Shown: positions 38,041-50,491, counted from the stretch's first letter. The stretch: DNA of 64,000 nucleotides from Hydrogenophilus sp. (GCA_020725265.1 DYFK01000008.1:616-64615), one strand, 5' to 3'. Made by a program: numbers and translations. The notes: generated by a model from the letters alone, not told the origin.

Positions 38041-39612
38041 TCAACCGCCCGGGTCGAGCACGCTGTCACGCGCTTCGGCCAGGGTTTCCGGCCAGTCGCG
38101 CGAGGCGTGCAGGCCGCGGCTTTCATGGCGGGCCTGGGCGCAGCGGACGATGAGATCGGCGGTGAGCACCAGGTTGCGCAGTTCGATGAGGTCGTTGCCG
38201 ACCCGGAAATTGCTGTAGTACTCGTGGATTTCGTCGGTGAGCAGGCGGATGCGGTGCTGGGCGCGTTGCAGGCGTTTGGTGCCGCGCACGATGCCGACGT
38301 AATCCCACATGAAACGGCGCAGTTCGTGCCAGTTATGGGCGATGACGATTTCCTCGTCGGCGTCGGTGACTCGGCTTTCGTCCCAGTCCGGCAGCGCGCG
38401 CGCCGGCGCCGGTGTCGAGGCGGCCATGTGCTCGGCGGCGGCGCGGCCGTAGACCAGGCATTCGAGCAGCGAGTTGCTGGCCAGCCGGTTGGCGCCGTGC
38501 AGACCGGTACAGCTGGTTTCGCCGATCGCGTAGAGGTGGTCGGCGTCGGCGTGACCGTGTTCGTCGACCAGCACGCCTCCGCAGCTGTAGTGGGCGGCCG
38601 GCGCCACCGGAATCCATTCGCGGGTGATGTCGATGCCCAGTTCCAGGCAGCGCGCATGGATGGTCGGAAAGTGATTGACGATGAACTTGGCCGGTTTGTG
38701 GGTGATGTCCAGATAGACGCAGTCGAGGCCGCGTTTCTTCATCTCGAAGTCGATGGCGCGGGCGACCACGTCGCGCGGCGCCAGCTCGGCGCGCTCGTCG
38801 TGCTCGGGCATGAAGCGGCTGCCATCGGGCAGGCGAAGCACCGCGCCCTCGCCACGCATCGCCTCGGTGATCAGGAAGGATTTGGCGTGCGGGTGGTACA
38901 GGCAGGTCGGATGGAACTGGATGAATTCCAGGTTGGCGACCCGGCAGCCGGCCCGCCAGGCCATGGCGATGCCGTCGCCGGTGGCGGTGTCCGGGTTGGT
39001 GGTGTACAGGAAGGCCTTGCCGGCACCGCCGGTGGCCAGCGCGGTGAAGCCGGCGGCGAAGGTCTTGACGCGGCCGCTGGTGGTGTCGAGCACATAGGCG
39101 CCATGCACGCCGCCACCGTCGGCGAGGCCGAGCCGGCGGTCGGTGATCAGGTCGACGGCGATGTGCTGCTCGAACAGTTCGATGTTGGCCTGTTCGGACA
39201 GGCGCGCCAGCAGGGTGTCCTGGACCGCCTTGCCGGTGGCGTCGGCGGCGTGCAGCACGCGCCGGCGGGAGTGGCCGCCTTCGCGGGCGAGGTGCCAGTC
39301 GGCGCCGGTGTGGTCGAACGGCGCGCCCAGGTCGATCAGCCAGCGGACCGCGGCCGGCGCCGCCTCGACCACCCGGCGCACCACGTCCTTCCGGCACAGG
39401 CCGGCGCCGGCCACCAGGGTGTCGCGGACGTGATCGTCGAAACTGTCATCGGCGCCCACCACCGCCGCGATGCCGCCCTGCGCCCAGTGGCTGGAGCTGT
39501 CGCTGGCCGATTTCTTGGTGATCATGGCGATCTTCATGCGCGCCGGCAGCGACAGCGCCAGCGTGGCGGCGGCGAGGCCGGAGCCGATGATGAGGACGTC
39601 GAAGCGGGGCAT
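38041..39612 (-). CDS. nadB: L-aspartate oxidase
   Basis: FAD motif DVLIIGSGLAAA, with HYSCGGV and RHESRGLH. Start taken at MPRFDVL. Confidence 0.9.
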   Translation of the reverse strand: MPRFDVLIIGSGLAAATLALSLPARMKIAMITKKSASDSSSHWAQGGIAAVVGADDSFDDHVRDTLVAGAGLCRKDVVRRVVEAAPAAVRWLIDLGAPFDHTGADWHLAREGGHSRRRVLHAADATGKAVQDTLLARLSEQANIELFEQHIAVDLITDRRLGLADGGGVHGAYVLDTTSGRVKTFAAGFTALATGGAGKAFLYTTNPDTATGDGIAMAWRAGCRVANLEFIQFHPTCLYHPHAKSFLITEAMRGEGAVLRLPDGSRFMPEHDERAELAPRDVVARAIDFEMKKRGLDCVYLDITHKPAKFIVNHFPTIHARCLELGIDITREWIPVAPAAHYSCGGVLVDEHGHADADHLYAIGETSCTGLHGANRLASNSLLECLVYGRAAAEHMAASTPAPARALPDWDESRVTDADEEIVIAHNWHELRRFMWDYVGIVRGTKRLQRAQHRIRLLTDEIHEYYSNFRVGNDLIELRNLVLTADLIVRCAQARHESRGLHASRDWPETLAEARDSVLDPGG

Positions 39613-39730
39613 GGTTCGCGATGGTCTGGTGGCGGAGGGGCGCGGTCGATGGCGGAGCGGCCGGTTATACTCGCGCCGGCGCCGTAAGCATAGCGGCGCC
39701 GGGATTTTTCTCCACAACCCAAGGACAAGG

Positions 39731-40330
39731 ATGAGCGACCGCGAAATCGACCTGCAACTGGTCGAACGGGTGCGCGCCGGCGACAAGCAGGCGTTCGGCC
39801 TGCTGGTGGACAAGTACCGCCGCAAGCTGATCAGGCTGTTGTCGCGCATGTTGCGCGATGCCGACGAGATCGAGGATATCGCCCAGGAGGCCTTCATCAA
39901 GGCTTATCGGGCGCTGCCACAATTCCGTGGCGATGCCGCGTTCTACACCTGGCTGTACCGCATCGCCGTGAATACGGCCAAGAACCATCTCGCCTCGCGC
40001 GGCCGGAGCATGCCGACCATCTCCGATCAGGCCATGGGCGACGACGACGATCCAGACGAGCGACTGGTCGCCCAGGACATCGGCACTCCGGAAACGGAAC
40101 TCTTGTCGAAGCAAGTGGCCATAGCCGTCAACGAAGCGGTGGAGGCGCTGCCCCAGGAGTTACGGCAGGCCATCACGCTTCGAGAGATCGAAGGCATGAG
40201 TTACGAGGAAATCGCCGAATACATGGATTGTCCGATCGGCACCGTGCGCTCCCGCATCTTCCGGGCGCGCGAGGCGATCTCCGCGAAGTTGCGCCCTATC
40301 CTGGGCACACCGGAAGACAGAAGGTGGTAG
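39731..40330 (+). CDS. rpoE: ECF sigma factor sigma-E (RpoE/AlgU)
   Basis: LVERVRAGDKQAFGLLVDKY and FYTWLYRIAVNTAKN (region 2), with region 4 EIAEYMDCPIGTVRSRIFRAREA. Confidence 0.95.
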   Translation: MSDREIDLQLVERVRAGDKQAFGLLVDKYRRKLIRLLSRMLRDADEIEDIAQEAFIKAYRALPQFRGDAAFYTWLYRIAVNTAKNHLASRGRSMPTISDQAMGDDDDPDERLVAQDIGTPETELLSKQVAIAVNEAVEALPQELRQAITLREIEGMSYEEIAEYMDCPIGTVRSRIFRAREAISAKLRPILGTPEDRRW

Positions 40331-40332
40331 AC

Positions 40333-40857
40333 ATGACGAATCCGATGCAAATCCCGCAAGAACCGATGGCCGCTCCGGTGGATACCGCTGGCGACGAGGC
40401 CATGTCCGCGTTGTTCGACGGTGAACTCGCCGATGAGCGCGCGCGCGTCGAGTTCAAGCGCCTGATCGCCGGCGCCGAGGCGCGCGCGCGTTTCGCCGAG
40501 TACGCCATGATCGGCGACGCCCTGCGCGGCGTTTCCGTCGATCGGCCGGATCTGACCCGACGCGTGATGCGCGCGCTCGACGACGAACCGACCGTGCTGG
40601 CGCCGATGCGCCGGCCACGTGACCGGCGTCCGGCGCTGTGGCTGGCCGCGGCGACCGTGGCGGCGATCACCTGGGTGGTCTGGCAGGCCGATCCGCGCCA
40701 GGACGTGGCGGTGCCGATGGCGGTCGCGCCGGCGCCGGCCCAGGAATCGCTCGATGCCAATGCCTATCTGGCCGCGCACCAGGATTTCGCCCAGGCCGTG
40801 GTGGCGGCGGCGGAGATGCGCTTCACGCGCGTTTCCCTGGCCGGAGGCGAGCAATGA
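40333..40857 (+). CDS. rseA: Anti-sigma-E factor RseA/MucA
   Basis: MSALFDGEL N-terminal anti-sigma motif and a central TM helix. Position is directly after rpoE. Confidence 0.85.
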   Translation: MTNPMQIPQEPMAAPVDTAGDEAMSALFDGELADERARVEFKRLIAGAEARARFAEYAMIGDALRGVSVDRPDLTRRVMRALDDEPTVLAPMRRPRDRRPALWLAAATVAAITWVVWQADPRQDVAVPMAVAPAPAQESLDANAYLAAHQDFAQAVVAAAEMRFTRVSLAGGEQ

Positions 40858-41840
40858 GCCGACGGGTGTTGCCGATGCGTCTGGTCTGGTGCCGCGCCCG
40901 CGCGCCCGTGATGGGGGTTTCCCTGGCCCTGCTGGCCGGCCTGGCGCAGGCCGACCCGGCCCTGCCGAAGGCCGAGGCGGCGGTCTGGCTGCAGAAGATG
41001 GCCGATGCATCGAGGCGCATGGCCTACGAAGGCAGTTTCGTGGTCCAGCATGGCAACGCCATGCATACGTTGTACGTTTCCAACCGTCCGATCAACAGCA
41101 CCGGCAAGGAAAGTCGGCTGATGGCCATGGACGGCATCCAGCGCGAAGTCCGTTGCAGCGAGACCGGATCGCTCAGCGTGGTCGCCGATGGCGGCCGTAC
41201 CCGTCTGGAACGGCGCCTGAATTCCCGCCATTTCCCGGATCTGCTGCCGCTCGATGCCGGCAACCTGGCCAACTGGTACGCGGTCCGTCTGGGCGAGTTC
41301 GCGCGCGTCGCCGGTCTCGATTGCCGTCAGGTCGAACTGGTGCCCAAGGATGCCTTCCGCTGGGGATACGTGTTGTGCGCGGAAAAGGAATCCGGGTTGC
41401 CGCTCAAGGCGGTGACGGTCGACGATGCCGGCCAGCCGCTGATGCAGTACGCCTTCGTCGAGCTCAAACTGGGTGGCCCGTCCCGGCCGGCCGCGCGCAT
41501 GCTGCCCGCCGACGCGCCGCCAGCGGCGCGTCCGGTGGAAACCGAGCGCGTCAGCGTCCGCAACATGCCGCCCGGCTACGCCCGTGTCACCGCCGTCCGG
41601 CGCACGCTGCCGAACAAGCCCGGCGAGGTCGAGCACTGGGTGTTCAGCGATGGCCTCACCCACATCTCCCTGTTCCTGGAGCCGGCCAGCAAGCCGGTCG
41701 AGTCGGTCAAGGGCCAGAGTGACCGGGGCATGATCCATCTGCTCACCCGCCAGATCGGGCCATTGCAGGCGACCGTCGTCGGTGACGCGCCCTGGCCGGC
41801 GGTCGAGGCGATCGCCATGGGCCTGGAGGCGCGTCGATGA
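40854..41840 (+). CDS. rseB: Sigma-E regulatory protein RseB/MucB
   Basis: Signal peptide, WLQKMADASRRMAYEGSFVV, and a 4-nt overlap with rseA. Confidence 0.85.
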   Translation: MSRRVLPMRLVWCRARAPVMGVSLALLAGLAQADPALPKAEAAVWLQKMADASRRMAYEGSFVVQHGNAMHTLYVSNRPINSTGKESRLMAMDGIQREVRCSETGSLSVVADGGRTRLERRLNSRHFPDLLPLDAGNLANWYAVRLGEFARVAGLDCRQVELVPKDAFRWGYVLCAEKESGLPLKAVTVDDAGQPLMQYAFVELKLGGPSRPAARMLPADAPPAARPVETERVSVRNMPPGYARVTAVRRTLPNKPGEVEHWVFSDGLTHISLFLEPASKPVESVKGQSDRGMIHLLTRQIGPLQATVVGDAPWPAVEAIAMGLEARR

Positions 41841-42283
41841 TCGAAACCCCGGCGCGGGTCCGCCGTGTCGACGGTGGCCTGGCCTGGGTGGTCAGCGAGG
41901 CGCCGTCATCCTGCGGCGCCTGCGGCGGCAAGGGCTGCGGCTCATCCTTGTTCGCCCGGGTCTGGCATGCGCGCGAAGCCGAGTATCCGGTCGCCAACCC
42001 GATCGGCGCGCGCGATGGCGATGCCGTCGTCGTCGGCCTGCCCGATGGCGCACTGGCGCGCGCGGTGCTGGCCGGCTACGTCGCGCCCCTGCTGGCGCTG
42101 GTGTTGTGCGCGGCGGCCGGTCGCGTCGCGTTTGGGGAACCCGGCGCGATCCTCGGTGGTCTTTGCGGCCTGCTGCTTGCCGCTTTCTGGTTGCGCCGGC
42201 GCAATCGGCGCGTGGCTCCGGCCAACGCCGGCCCGGTGATCCTTCGGCTTGGTGAGAACGCCGGTTGCCGGACCGCCGGGTGA
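41837..42283 (+). CDS. rseC: RseC/MucC (SoxR-reducing system family)
   Basis: N-terminal CGACGGKGCG motif followed by two TM helices. 4-nt overlap with rseB. Confidence 0.8.
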   Translation: MIETPARVRRVDGGLAWVVSEAPSSCGACGGKGCGSSLFARVWHAREAEYPVANPIGARDGDAVVVGLPDGALARAVLAGYVAPLLALVLCAAAGRVAFGEPGAILGGLCGLLLAAFWLRRRNRRVAPANAGPVILRLGENAGCRTAG

Positions 42284-42333
42284 CCGGGAACGCGGCCGGC
42301 ACCTTGTTCCGATATTCCGCTTGGAGGTCTGAA

Positions 42334-43704
42334 ATGAAGAAATGGCTTGTTCTGATGGGCATGCTGCTCGGCTTCGCCGCGGGTGGCGCCAGCGCGCAAT
42401 TGCCCGACTTCGTCGAGCTGGCGGAGAAGCAATCGCCCGCCGTGGTCAACATCACCACCATCCGGGAGGCGCGCGAGCGCAAGCGCGGTCCGCGCATGCC
42501 CGACACCGACGAAATGTTCGAGTTCTTCCGGCGCTTCATGCCACCCGAGGAGCATGCCGGCCCGCGCGCGCCCCGGCGCGGCCAGGGCTCCGGCTTCCTG
42601 ATTTCGTCGGACGGCTACATCCTGACCAATACCCATGTCATCGACGGCGTCGATGAAGTCATGGTCAAGCTCAACGATCGCCGCGAATTTCGCGCCAAGG
42701 TGGTCGGCACCGACGAGCGCACCGATATCGCCTTGCTCAAGATCGATGCCGACAAGCTGCCGCGCGTGATCATCGGCGATCCCGGCAAGTTGCGCGTGGG
42801 CGAATGGGTGCTGGCGATCGGCGCGCCGTTCGGCTTCGAGAACTCGGTCACCGCCGGCATCGTCTCGGCCAAGGGCCGCAGTCTGCCGCAGGAAAACTAC
42901 GTGCCCTTCATCCAGACCGATGTCGCCGTCAATCCCGGCAATTCGGGCGGCCCGCTGTTCAACATGAAGGGCGAGGTGGTGGGCGTCAATTCCCAGATCA
43001 TTTCCCGTTCAGGCGGCTACATGGGCCTGTCCTTCGCGATTCCGATCGACGTCGCCATGGACGTCGCCGACCAGCTTCGCGACGGCGGCAAGGTCAGCCG
43101 TGGCCGCATCGGCGTCATGATCCAGGAAGTCACCGCCGATCTCGCCGATTCGTTCGGCCTCAAGAGCCCACGTGGCGCCCTGGTCGCCAACGTCGAGCCG
43201 GGCAGCCCGGCCGAGCAGGCCGGCCTCCAGGTCTCCGACATCATCCTCAAGTTCAATGGCAAGGCGGTGCACAACTCGATCGAACTGCCACGCCTGGTCG
43301 GCGCCACCAAACCGGGCACCCAGGCCAGACTGACGGTCTGGCGCAAGGGCAAGGAACACGAGATGGATATCCGGATCGGCGAGATGAGCGAGGACAAGGC
43401 GGTCGTCGCCAAGGCTCCGGAGGCCCGCAAGGCCAACCGCGCCGGCTTGGTCGTCAGCGAACTGACGCGCGAGCAGAAAGGCATCCTCAAGATCGGTGGC
43501 GGCGTGCTCGTCGAGGAGGCCAGTGGCTCGGCCGCGCGCGCCGGCATCCAGTCCGGCGACATCATCCTCGCGGTCAACAACCAGGAAGTCGACAGCCCCG
43601 AGGATCTGAACCGGCTGATCGAGGATAGCGCGCGCAAGAGCGTGGCCCTGCTGATCAAGCGCGGCGACGGCGCGCACTACGTTTCGCTGCGGCTCGATCG
43701 CTGA
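42334..43704 (+). CDS. degP: Periplasmic serine endoprotease DegP/MucD (HtrA family)
   Basis: Signal peptide, catalytic TNTHV...DIALLK...GNSGGPL, and two PDZ domains. Confidence 0.95.
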   Translation: MKKWLVLMGMLLGFAAGGASAQLPDFVELAEKQSPAVVNITTIREARERKRGPRMPDTDEMFEFFRRFMPPEEHAGPRAPRRGQGSGFLISSDGYILTNTHVIDGVDEVMVKLNDRREFRAKVVGTDERTDIALLKIDADKLPRVIIGDPGKLRVGEWVLAIGAPFGFENSVTAGIVSAKGRSLPQENYVPFIQTDVAVNPGNSGGPLFNMKGEVVGVNSQIISRSGGYMGLSFAIPIDVAMDVADQLRDGGKVSRGRIGVMIQEVTADLADSFGLKSPRGALVANVEPGSPAEQAGLQVSDIILKFNGKAVHNSIELPRLVGATKPGTQARLTVWRKGKEHEMDIRIGEMSEDKAVVAKAPEARKANRAGLVVSELTREQKGILKIGGGVLVEEASGSAARAGIQSGDIILAVNNQEVDSPEDLNRLIEDSARKSVALLIKRGDGAHYVSLRLDR

Positions 43705-43723
43705 GGCGATCCGCCGATCTCCC

Positions 43724-43754
43724 ATGGACGGGCCTTGGCCCGTCCATTTTTTTC
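43724..43754 (+). terminator. Rho-independent terminator after degP
   Basis: ATGGACGGGCC / GGCCCGTCCAT stem followed by a T7 run. Confidence 0.85.
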
Positions 43755-43767
43755 CGGCTTTTGATCA

Positions 43768-44019
43768 ATGCCCGTCCTGACCCTGTATCAGCGTCCCGGT
43801 TGCCACTTGTGCGCGGACATGCGCGACGAATTGCGGTCGTTCCAGGCTGAGCTGGGGTTCACGCTGGAACTGGTCGACATCGACCGCGAGCCTGGGTTGC
43901 GCGCCCGCTACGACCGTCTGGTGCCGGTGCTGGCGATGGGTGATCGGGAAATCTGCCATTACTTCCTGGATCCGGCGGCTTTGCGGACGACGCTGGGCGC
44001 CGCGCCGGCGGCCGGATAA
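43768..44019 (+). CDS. Glutaredoxin-like protein (DUF836 type)
   Basis: 83 aa. LYQRPGCHLCADM is a CxxC thioredoxin-fold motif. Confidence 0.75.
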   Translation: MPVLTLYQRPGCHLCADMRDELRSFQAELGFTLELVDIDREPGLRARYDRLVPVLAMGDREICHYFLDPAALRTTLGAAPAAG

Positions 44020-44091
44020 GTCCCTGTCGTTTCAGGTAAAATCCGCGCCCATTCTCGTCGAGCGGCGCGTTCGCGCGCCCCAGGTTTTTTC

Positions 44092-45885
<1,794 letters not shown>

Positions 45886-45912
45886 GCCACCTTCAAACCA
45901 ACAAGGGACACC

Positions 45913-46749
45913 ATGAATTTCGCACTCATCCTGTTTCTGGCCCTGGTCGTCACCGGCGGCATCTGGTTGTTCGATCGCCTGTTCCTGGCCGCCCGGCGCG
46001 CGGATGGCGCCAGATTGCCGTTGCTGGTGGATTATTCGAAAAGCTTCTTTCCGGTCATCCTGATCGTCTTCGTGTTGCGTTCCTTCCTGGTCGAGCCGTT
46101 CAAGATTCCGTCCGGCTCGATGCTGCCGACGCTGCTGATCGGCGATTTCATCCTGGTCAACAAGTACGACTACGGCATCCGCCTGCCGGTGATCAACAAG
46201 AAGATCATCCCGCTCGACGATCCCCGACGCGGCGATGTCGTCGTCTTCCGCTTCCCGCGCGATCCGTCGCTGGATTACATCAAGCGCGTGGTCGGCACGC
46301 CCGGCGACGTCGTCGAGTACCGTGACAAGCGTCTGATCGTCAACGGCGAGCCGATCGAGACCGAGGCCAACGGCAAGTATGAATACACCGCCAGCGGCTT
46401 CAATTTCATCCAGGCCGATACCTGGCGGGAACGCATGGGCGAGCACCAGTACACGGCCATGACCCAGCGCGACATGGCGCCGGTGATGGTGCATCAGGTG
46501 GAAGGTGACTTCGCGTATCGCGAGCAGTGCCAGTATGACGACAGCGGTTTCCGCTGCACGGTGCCGGCCGGGCATTACTTCATGCTCGGCGACAATCGCG
46601 ACGCTTCCAACGATTCCCGCTACTGGGGCTTCGTGCCGGACGAGAATCTGGTCGGCCGGGCGTTCTTCATCTGGTGGAATTTCGACGATTTCCTGAACAT
46701 GCTGAAGACCTTCTCCAAACCGGCCCGGATCGGGTCATCCATCGAGTGA
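45913..46749 (+). CDS. lepB: Signal peptidase I
   Basis: IPSGSMLPTL (catalytic Ser), YIKRV (Lys) and GDNRDASNDSRYWGFV. Confidence 0.95.
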   Translation: MNFALILFLALVVTGGIWLFDRLFLAARRADGARLPLLVDYSKSFFPVILIVFVLRSFLVEPFKIPSGSMLPTLLIGDFILVNKYDYGIRLPVINKKIIPLDDPRRGDVVVFRFPRDPSLDYIKRVVGTPGDVVEYRDKRLIVNGEPIETEANGKYEYTASGFNFIQADTWRERMGEHQYTAMTQRDMAPVMVHQVEGDFAYREQCQYDDSGFRCTVPAGHYFMLGDNRDASNDSRYWGFVPDENLVGRAFFIWWNFDDFLNMLKTFSKPARIGSSIE

Positions 46750-46756
46750 GGCGAAC

Positions 46757-47146
46757 ATGAAAGCGAATTTTCCGCGCCATTCCTGGCCCGGCCGCCAGCG
46801 CGGCATGACCCTGGGGGGGCTGATGTTCCTGATGTTCCTGATGGGCTTCGTCGCCTACGCGGGGTTCCGGGTCGTACCCGCTTACATGGATTACTGGCTG
46901 GTCGAGAAGGTGCTCAAGAACACCCTCGACGATCCCGACATCCTCAAGCAGAAGGATCGCGCGATCCGCGACAGTCTGGCGCGGGCGTTTTCGTTGAACA
47001 ACATCAAGGTGGTGCAGGCCGATGAGGTCGAGATCGAGCGCACTGAAAGCCGGGTCGATCTGTCCGTCGGTTTCTCGATCCGCCAGCCGTTCATGGGGCC
47101 GATCAACCTGTGCATGGAATTCCAGGCCAGGGCCGCCAGCCGTTGA
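46757..47146 (+). CDS. DUF4845-like small membrane-anchored protein
   Basis: 129 aa with an N-terminal TM helix. Sits in the conserved slot between lepB and rnc. Confidence 0.6.
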   Translation: MKANFPRHSWPGRQRGMTLGGLMFLMFLMGFVAYAGFRVVPAYMDYWLVEKVLKNTLDDPDILKQKDRAIRDSLARAFSLNNIKVVQADEVEIERTESRVDLSVGFSIRQPFMGPINLCMEFQARAASR

Positions 47147-47148
47147 AC

Positions 47149-47847
47149 ATGGCCGCCACGTTCGGTCGCCTGGAAACCCGGCTTGGCCACGCCTGGCGTG
47201 ATCGCGACCTGCTGGCGCAGGCGCTCACCCATCGCAGCCACGGCGCCCGCAACAACGAGCGTCTGGAGTTTCTCGGCGATGGCGTGCTCAACTGCGTGAT
47301 CGGCCTGATGCTGTACCGACGTTTCCCGACGCTGCCGGAAGGCCGGTTGTCGCGTCTGCGCGCCAATCTGGTCAACCAGGACAGCCTGCACGAGATCGCG
47401 CTGCGATTGGACCTGGGGTCGCATCTGCGCCTGGGCGAGGGCGAGCTGCGCAGCGGCGGCGCGCGCCGACCGTCGATCCTCGCCGATGCCTTCGAATCAC
47501 TGCTCGGCGCCGCGCTGCTGGATGCCGGTTTCGATGTCGCCGAAGCCATCATCGAGCGCCAGTTCGCGGCCCGCGTCGATGCCATCGATCCCAACCACCA
47601 GGGCAAGGATGCCAAGACCCGGTTGCAGGAGTGGCTGCAACCCCGGCGTCTGGGACTGCCCGAATACCATCTGATCGATACCGCCGGTCAGGCCCATGCC
47701 CAGACCTTCCACGTCGAATGCCGCGTCGTCGGCATGAAGCTGGTGACGCGCGGCCATGGCTCCAGCCGCAAGGCGGCCGAGCAGATGGCGGCGGAGGCGG
47801 CCTTGGCGGCGCTGGATGACGCGGCTGGAGACGTCGATGCCCGCTGA
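47149..47847 (+). CDS. rnc: Ribonuclease III
   Basis: ERLEFLGDGVL catalytic signature and a C-terminal dsRBD. Start taken at the ATG directly after the upstream stop. Confidence 0.95.
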   Translation: MAATFGRLETRLGHAWRDRDLLAQALTHRSHGARNNERLEFLGDGVLNCVIGLMLYRRFPTLPEGRLSRLRANLVNQDSLHEIALRLDLGSHLRLGEGELRSGGARRPSILADAFESLLGAALLDAGFDVAEAIIERQFAARVDAIDPNHQGKDAKTRLQEWLQPRRLGLPEYHLIDTAGQAHAQTFHVECRVVGMKLVTRGHGSSRKAAEQMAAEAALAALDDAAGDVDAR

Positions 47848-48751
47848 TCCCTGCGCCCCGGCGGGCGCGGGCTTTCGCGCCGGCGTGATCGCGGTGGTCG
47901 GCCGGCCCAACGTCGGCAAGTCGACCCTGGTCAACGCGCTGGTCGGCGCCAAGGTCAGCATCGTCTCGTCGAAGCCGCAGACCACCCGGCACCGTATTCT
48001 GGGCGTGCGCACCGAGGCCGATGCCCAGTTCATCTTCGCCGATACCCCGGGCTTCCAGACCCGCTACCGCAATGCCCTCAACCAGGCCATGAACAAGGCG
48101 GTCACCCAGGCGCTGGCCGAAGTCGACGTGGTGCTCTGGCTGGTCGAGGCCGGCCGCTTCACCGACGCCGACCAGCGCATCCTGCCGCTGCTGCCGCGTG
48201 ACCGGCCGGTGGTGCTGGTGGTCAACAAGATCGACATGGTGGCCGACAAGGCCAGCCTGCTGCCTTTCCTGGAGAGCATGTCGCGGCAGTTCGCCTTCGC
48301 CGAGATCGTGCCGCTGTGCGCCGAAAAGGAGAAGGACGCGGCCCGCCTGCCGGCCATCCTCAAGCCCTACCTGCCGGAAGGCGAGGCCTGGTTCGGCGAG
48401 GACGACATCACCGATCGCTCGTCGCGTTTTCTCGCCGCCGAGATCGTGCGCGAGAAGGTGTTCCGCCTGACCGGCGACGAGATTCCCTACGCGGTCGCGG
48501 TCACCATCGAGCAGTTCGAGGAGGAGGGCGGGCTGTTCCGGATCGGCGCGGTGGTCTGGGTGGAGCGCGAGACCCACAAGCCGATGCTGCTCGGCCGGGG
48601 GGGCGAACACATCAAGCGCATCGCCACCGAAGCCCGCCAGGACATGGAAAAGCTGTTCGATCGCAAGGTGTTCCTCAACGTCTGGGTCAAGGTCAAGGGT
48701 GGCTGGGCGGATGACGCCCGGTTGATCCGGCAGTTCGGCTATGACGCGTGA
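47837..48751 (+). CDS. era: GTPase Era
   Basis: GRPNVGKSTLVN, DTPG and NKID motifs with a C-terminal KH domain. Overlaps rnc by 11 nt. Confidence 0.95.
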   Translation: MPADPCAPAGAGFRAGVIAVVGRPNVGKSTLVNALVGAKVSIVSSKPQTTRHRILGVRTEADAQFIFADTPGFQTRYRNALNQAMNKAVTQALAEVDVVLWLVEAGRFTDADQRILPLLPRDRPVVLVVNKIDMVADKASLLPFLESMSRQFAFAEIVPLCAEKEKDAARLPAILKPYLPEGEAWFGEDDITDRSSRFLAAEIVREKVFRLTGDEIPYAVAVTIEQFEEEGGLFRIGAVVWVERETHKPMLLGRGGEHIKRIATEARQDMEKLFDRKVFLNVWVKVKGGWADDARLIRQFGYDA

Positions 48752-48792
48752 GCGGGCCGGCCGGGCGCGGCCGTGAGCGGTGACGATCGCCG

Positions 48793-49497
48793 ATGAGCGA
48801 ACGTGTCGACCTGGAAGCCGCCTTTGTCCTGCATGCCCGGCCCTGGCGCGAAACCAGCCTGATCGTCGACGTGCTGTCGCGCCATCACGGCCGTCTTGGC
48901 CTGGTCGCGCGCGGCGCCCGCCGTCAGGGCTCCGGCCTGAAGACCCGATTGATCGCGTTCCAGCCGCTGGCGCTGTCCTGGTTCGGCAAGGGCCAGTTGC
49001 GCACCCTGCACGCCGCCGAATGGCAGGGTGGCGGCCTGATGTTGCGCGGTCATGCCCTGATGTGCGGCTTCTATCTCAACGAACTGCTGTTGCGGCTGCT
49101 GCCCGAGGGTGACGCGCACGAACGCCTGTTCGACCGCTATGCCGACACTCTGGACCGGCTCAACAGCCAAGCCGAGGTGGCGCCGGTGCTGCGCGGATTC
49201 GAACTCGATCTGCTGTCCGAACTCGGTTACGCCCAGCCGCTCGGGCATCTGGCCGATGGCGGCGAGGTCGAGCCGGACCGGCGCTACGGTTTCGAGGCCG
49301 GCGTCGGCGTGGTGCCGCCCCGGCGCGATCTGCCCGACTATCGGGGCCGGACCCTGCTCGATTTCGCCGCCGGCGATCTCGCCGATCCGGTCACGCTCGC
49401 GGAAGGTAAAATCCTGATGCGCGCGTTGCTCGCCCACTATCTGGGCGACAAGCCGCTCGCCACCCGTCAACTCCTGCTCGACCTGCAAAAACTATGA
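48793..49497 (+). CDS. recO: DNA repair protein RecO
   Basis: [26 protein letters not shown]-terminal OB-fold region. era-recO-pdxJ synteny. Confidence 0.9.
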   Translation: MSERVDLEAAFVLHARPWRETSLIVDVLSRHHGRLGLVARGARRQGSGLKTRLIAFQPLALSWFGKGQLRTLHAAEWQGGGLMLRGHALMCGFYLNELLLRLLPEGDAHERLFDRYADTLDRLNSQAEVAPVLRGFELDLLSELGYAQPLGHLADGGEVEPDRRYGFEAGVGVVPPRRDLPDYRGRTLLDFAAGDLADPVTLAEGKILMRALLAHYLGDKPLATRQLLLDLQKL

Positions 49498-50246
49498 TCC
49501 GACTCGGCGTCAACATCGACCACGTCGCCACCCTGCGCCAGGCGCGCGGCACCCGCTATCCCAGCCCGGTCCAGGCCGCGCTGCTCGCCGAATCGGCCGG
49601 CGCCGACGTCATCACCCTGCACCTGCGCGAGGATCGCCGTCACATCCAGGATGCCGACGTGCGCACCCTGCGCGGCCTGCTGCAAACGCGCATGAACCTG
49701 GAAATGGCGGTCACCGACGAAATGATCGGCGTCGCGCTGGACGTGCGTCCGCAAGACGTCTGTCTGGTGCCCGAGCGGCGCCAGGAACTGACCACCGAGG
49801 GCGGTCTGGACGTCGCCGGTGGCTTCGACCGCATCGCCGCCGCCTGCCGGACTTTCGCCGAGGCCGGCATCCGCGTCTCCCTGTTCATCGACGCCGACGC
49901 CCATCAGCTCGAAGCCGCCCACGCCACCGGCGCGCCGGTGGTGGAAATCCACACCGGCCGCTTCGCCGAGGCCGAGGGGGCGGAGGCTGCGCGCGAACTG
50001 GCGCGCATCCGCGCCGGCGTGGACATCGGTCGCCGGCTCGGTCTCGCCGTCAACGCCGGCCATGGCCTGCACTATCACAACGTGCAGGCGGTCGCCGCCC
50101 TGGCCGGGGTCGAGGAACTCAACATCGGCCACGCCATCGTCGCCCAGGCGCTGTTCGTCGGCTGGGAAAACGCGGTCCGCGAAATGAAACGGCTGATGGT
50201 CGAGGCGGCTGGCCCGGTTGCCGGTCGACAGGGCGCTCCGGTATAG
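49494..50246 (+). CDS. pdxJ: Pyridoxine 5'-phosphate synthase
   Basis: [25 protein letters not shown] and NAGHGL motifs. Confidence 0.95.
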   Translation: MIRLGVNIDHVATLRQARGTRYPSPVQAALLAESAGADVITLHLREDRRHIQDADVRTLRGLLQTRMNLEMAVTDEMIGVALDVRPQDVCLVPERRQELTTEGGLDVAGGFDRIAAACRTFAEAGIRVSLFIDADAHQLEAAHATGAPVVEIHTGRFAEAEGAEAARELARIRAGVDIGRRLGLAVNAGHGLHYHNVQAVAALAGVEELNIGHAIVAQALFVGWENAVREMKRLMVEAAGPVAGRQGAPV

Positions 50247-50261
50247 TCCGGCGCGCCATCG

Positions 50262-50420
50262 TTCCCGTGGGAGAGCGTTCCGCTGGCCGGAACCGCCGAA
50301 GGCGAAAGCCACCCAATACCGCTCAGGCAAAAGGACCGCGGGGATCGGGCGACTCTGGAGAGCGCCGCGCGTCATGCGCGGCCACCGATGGGGCGAATCT
50401 CTCAGGTACCAGGACGGAGG
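50262..50420 (+). promoter_or_regulatory. Tandem glycine riboswitch (two aptamers) in the gcvT leader
   Basis: Aptamer 1: GGGAGAG...CGCCGAAGGCGAAA...CTCAGGCAAAAGGAC. Aptamer 2: CTGGAGAG...CACCGATGGGGCGAA...CTCAGGTACCAGGAC. Upstream of gcvT. Confidence 0.85.
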
Positions 50421-50491
50421 GGTGAAATCGCGGCGAACCACGGCCATGCCGGCCACCGGGACGTCGCCTTTGTCATATCCGGAGACCCGTG

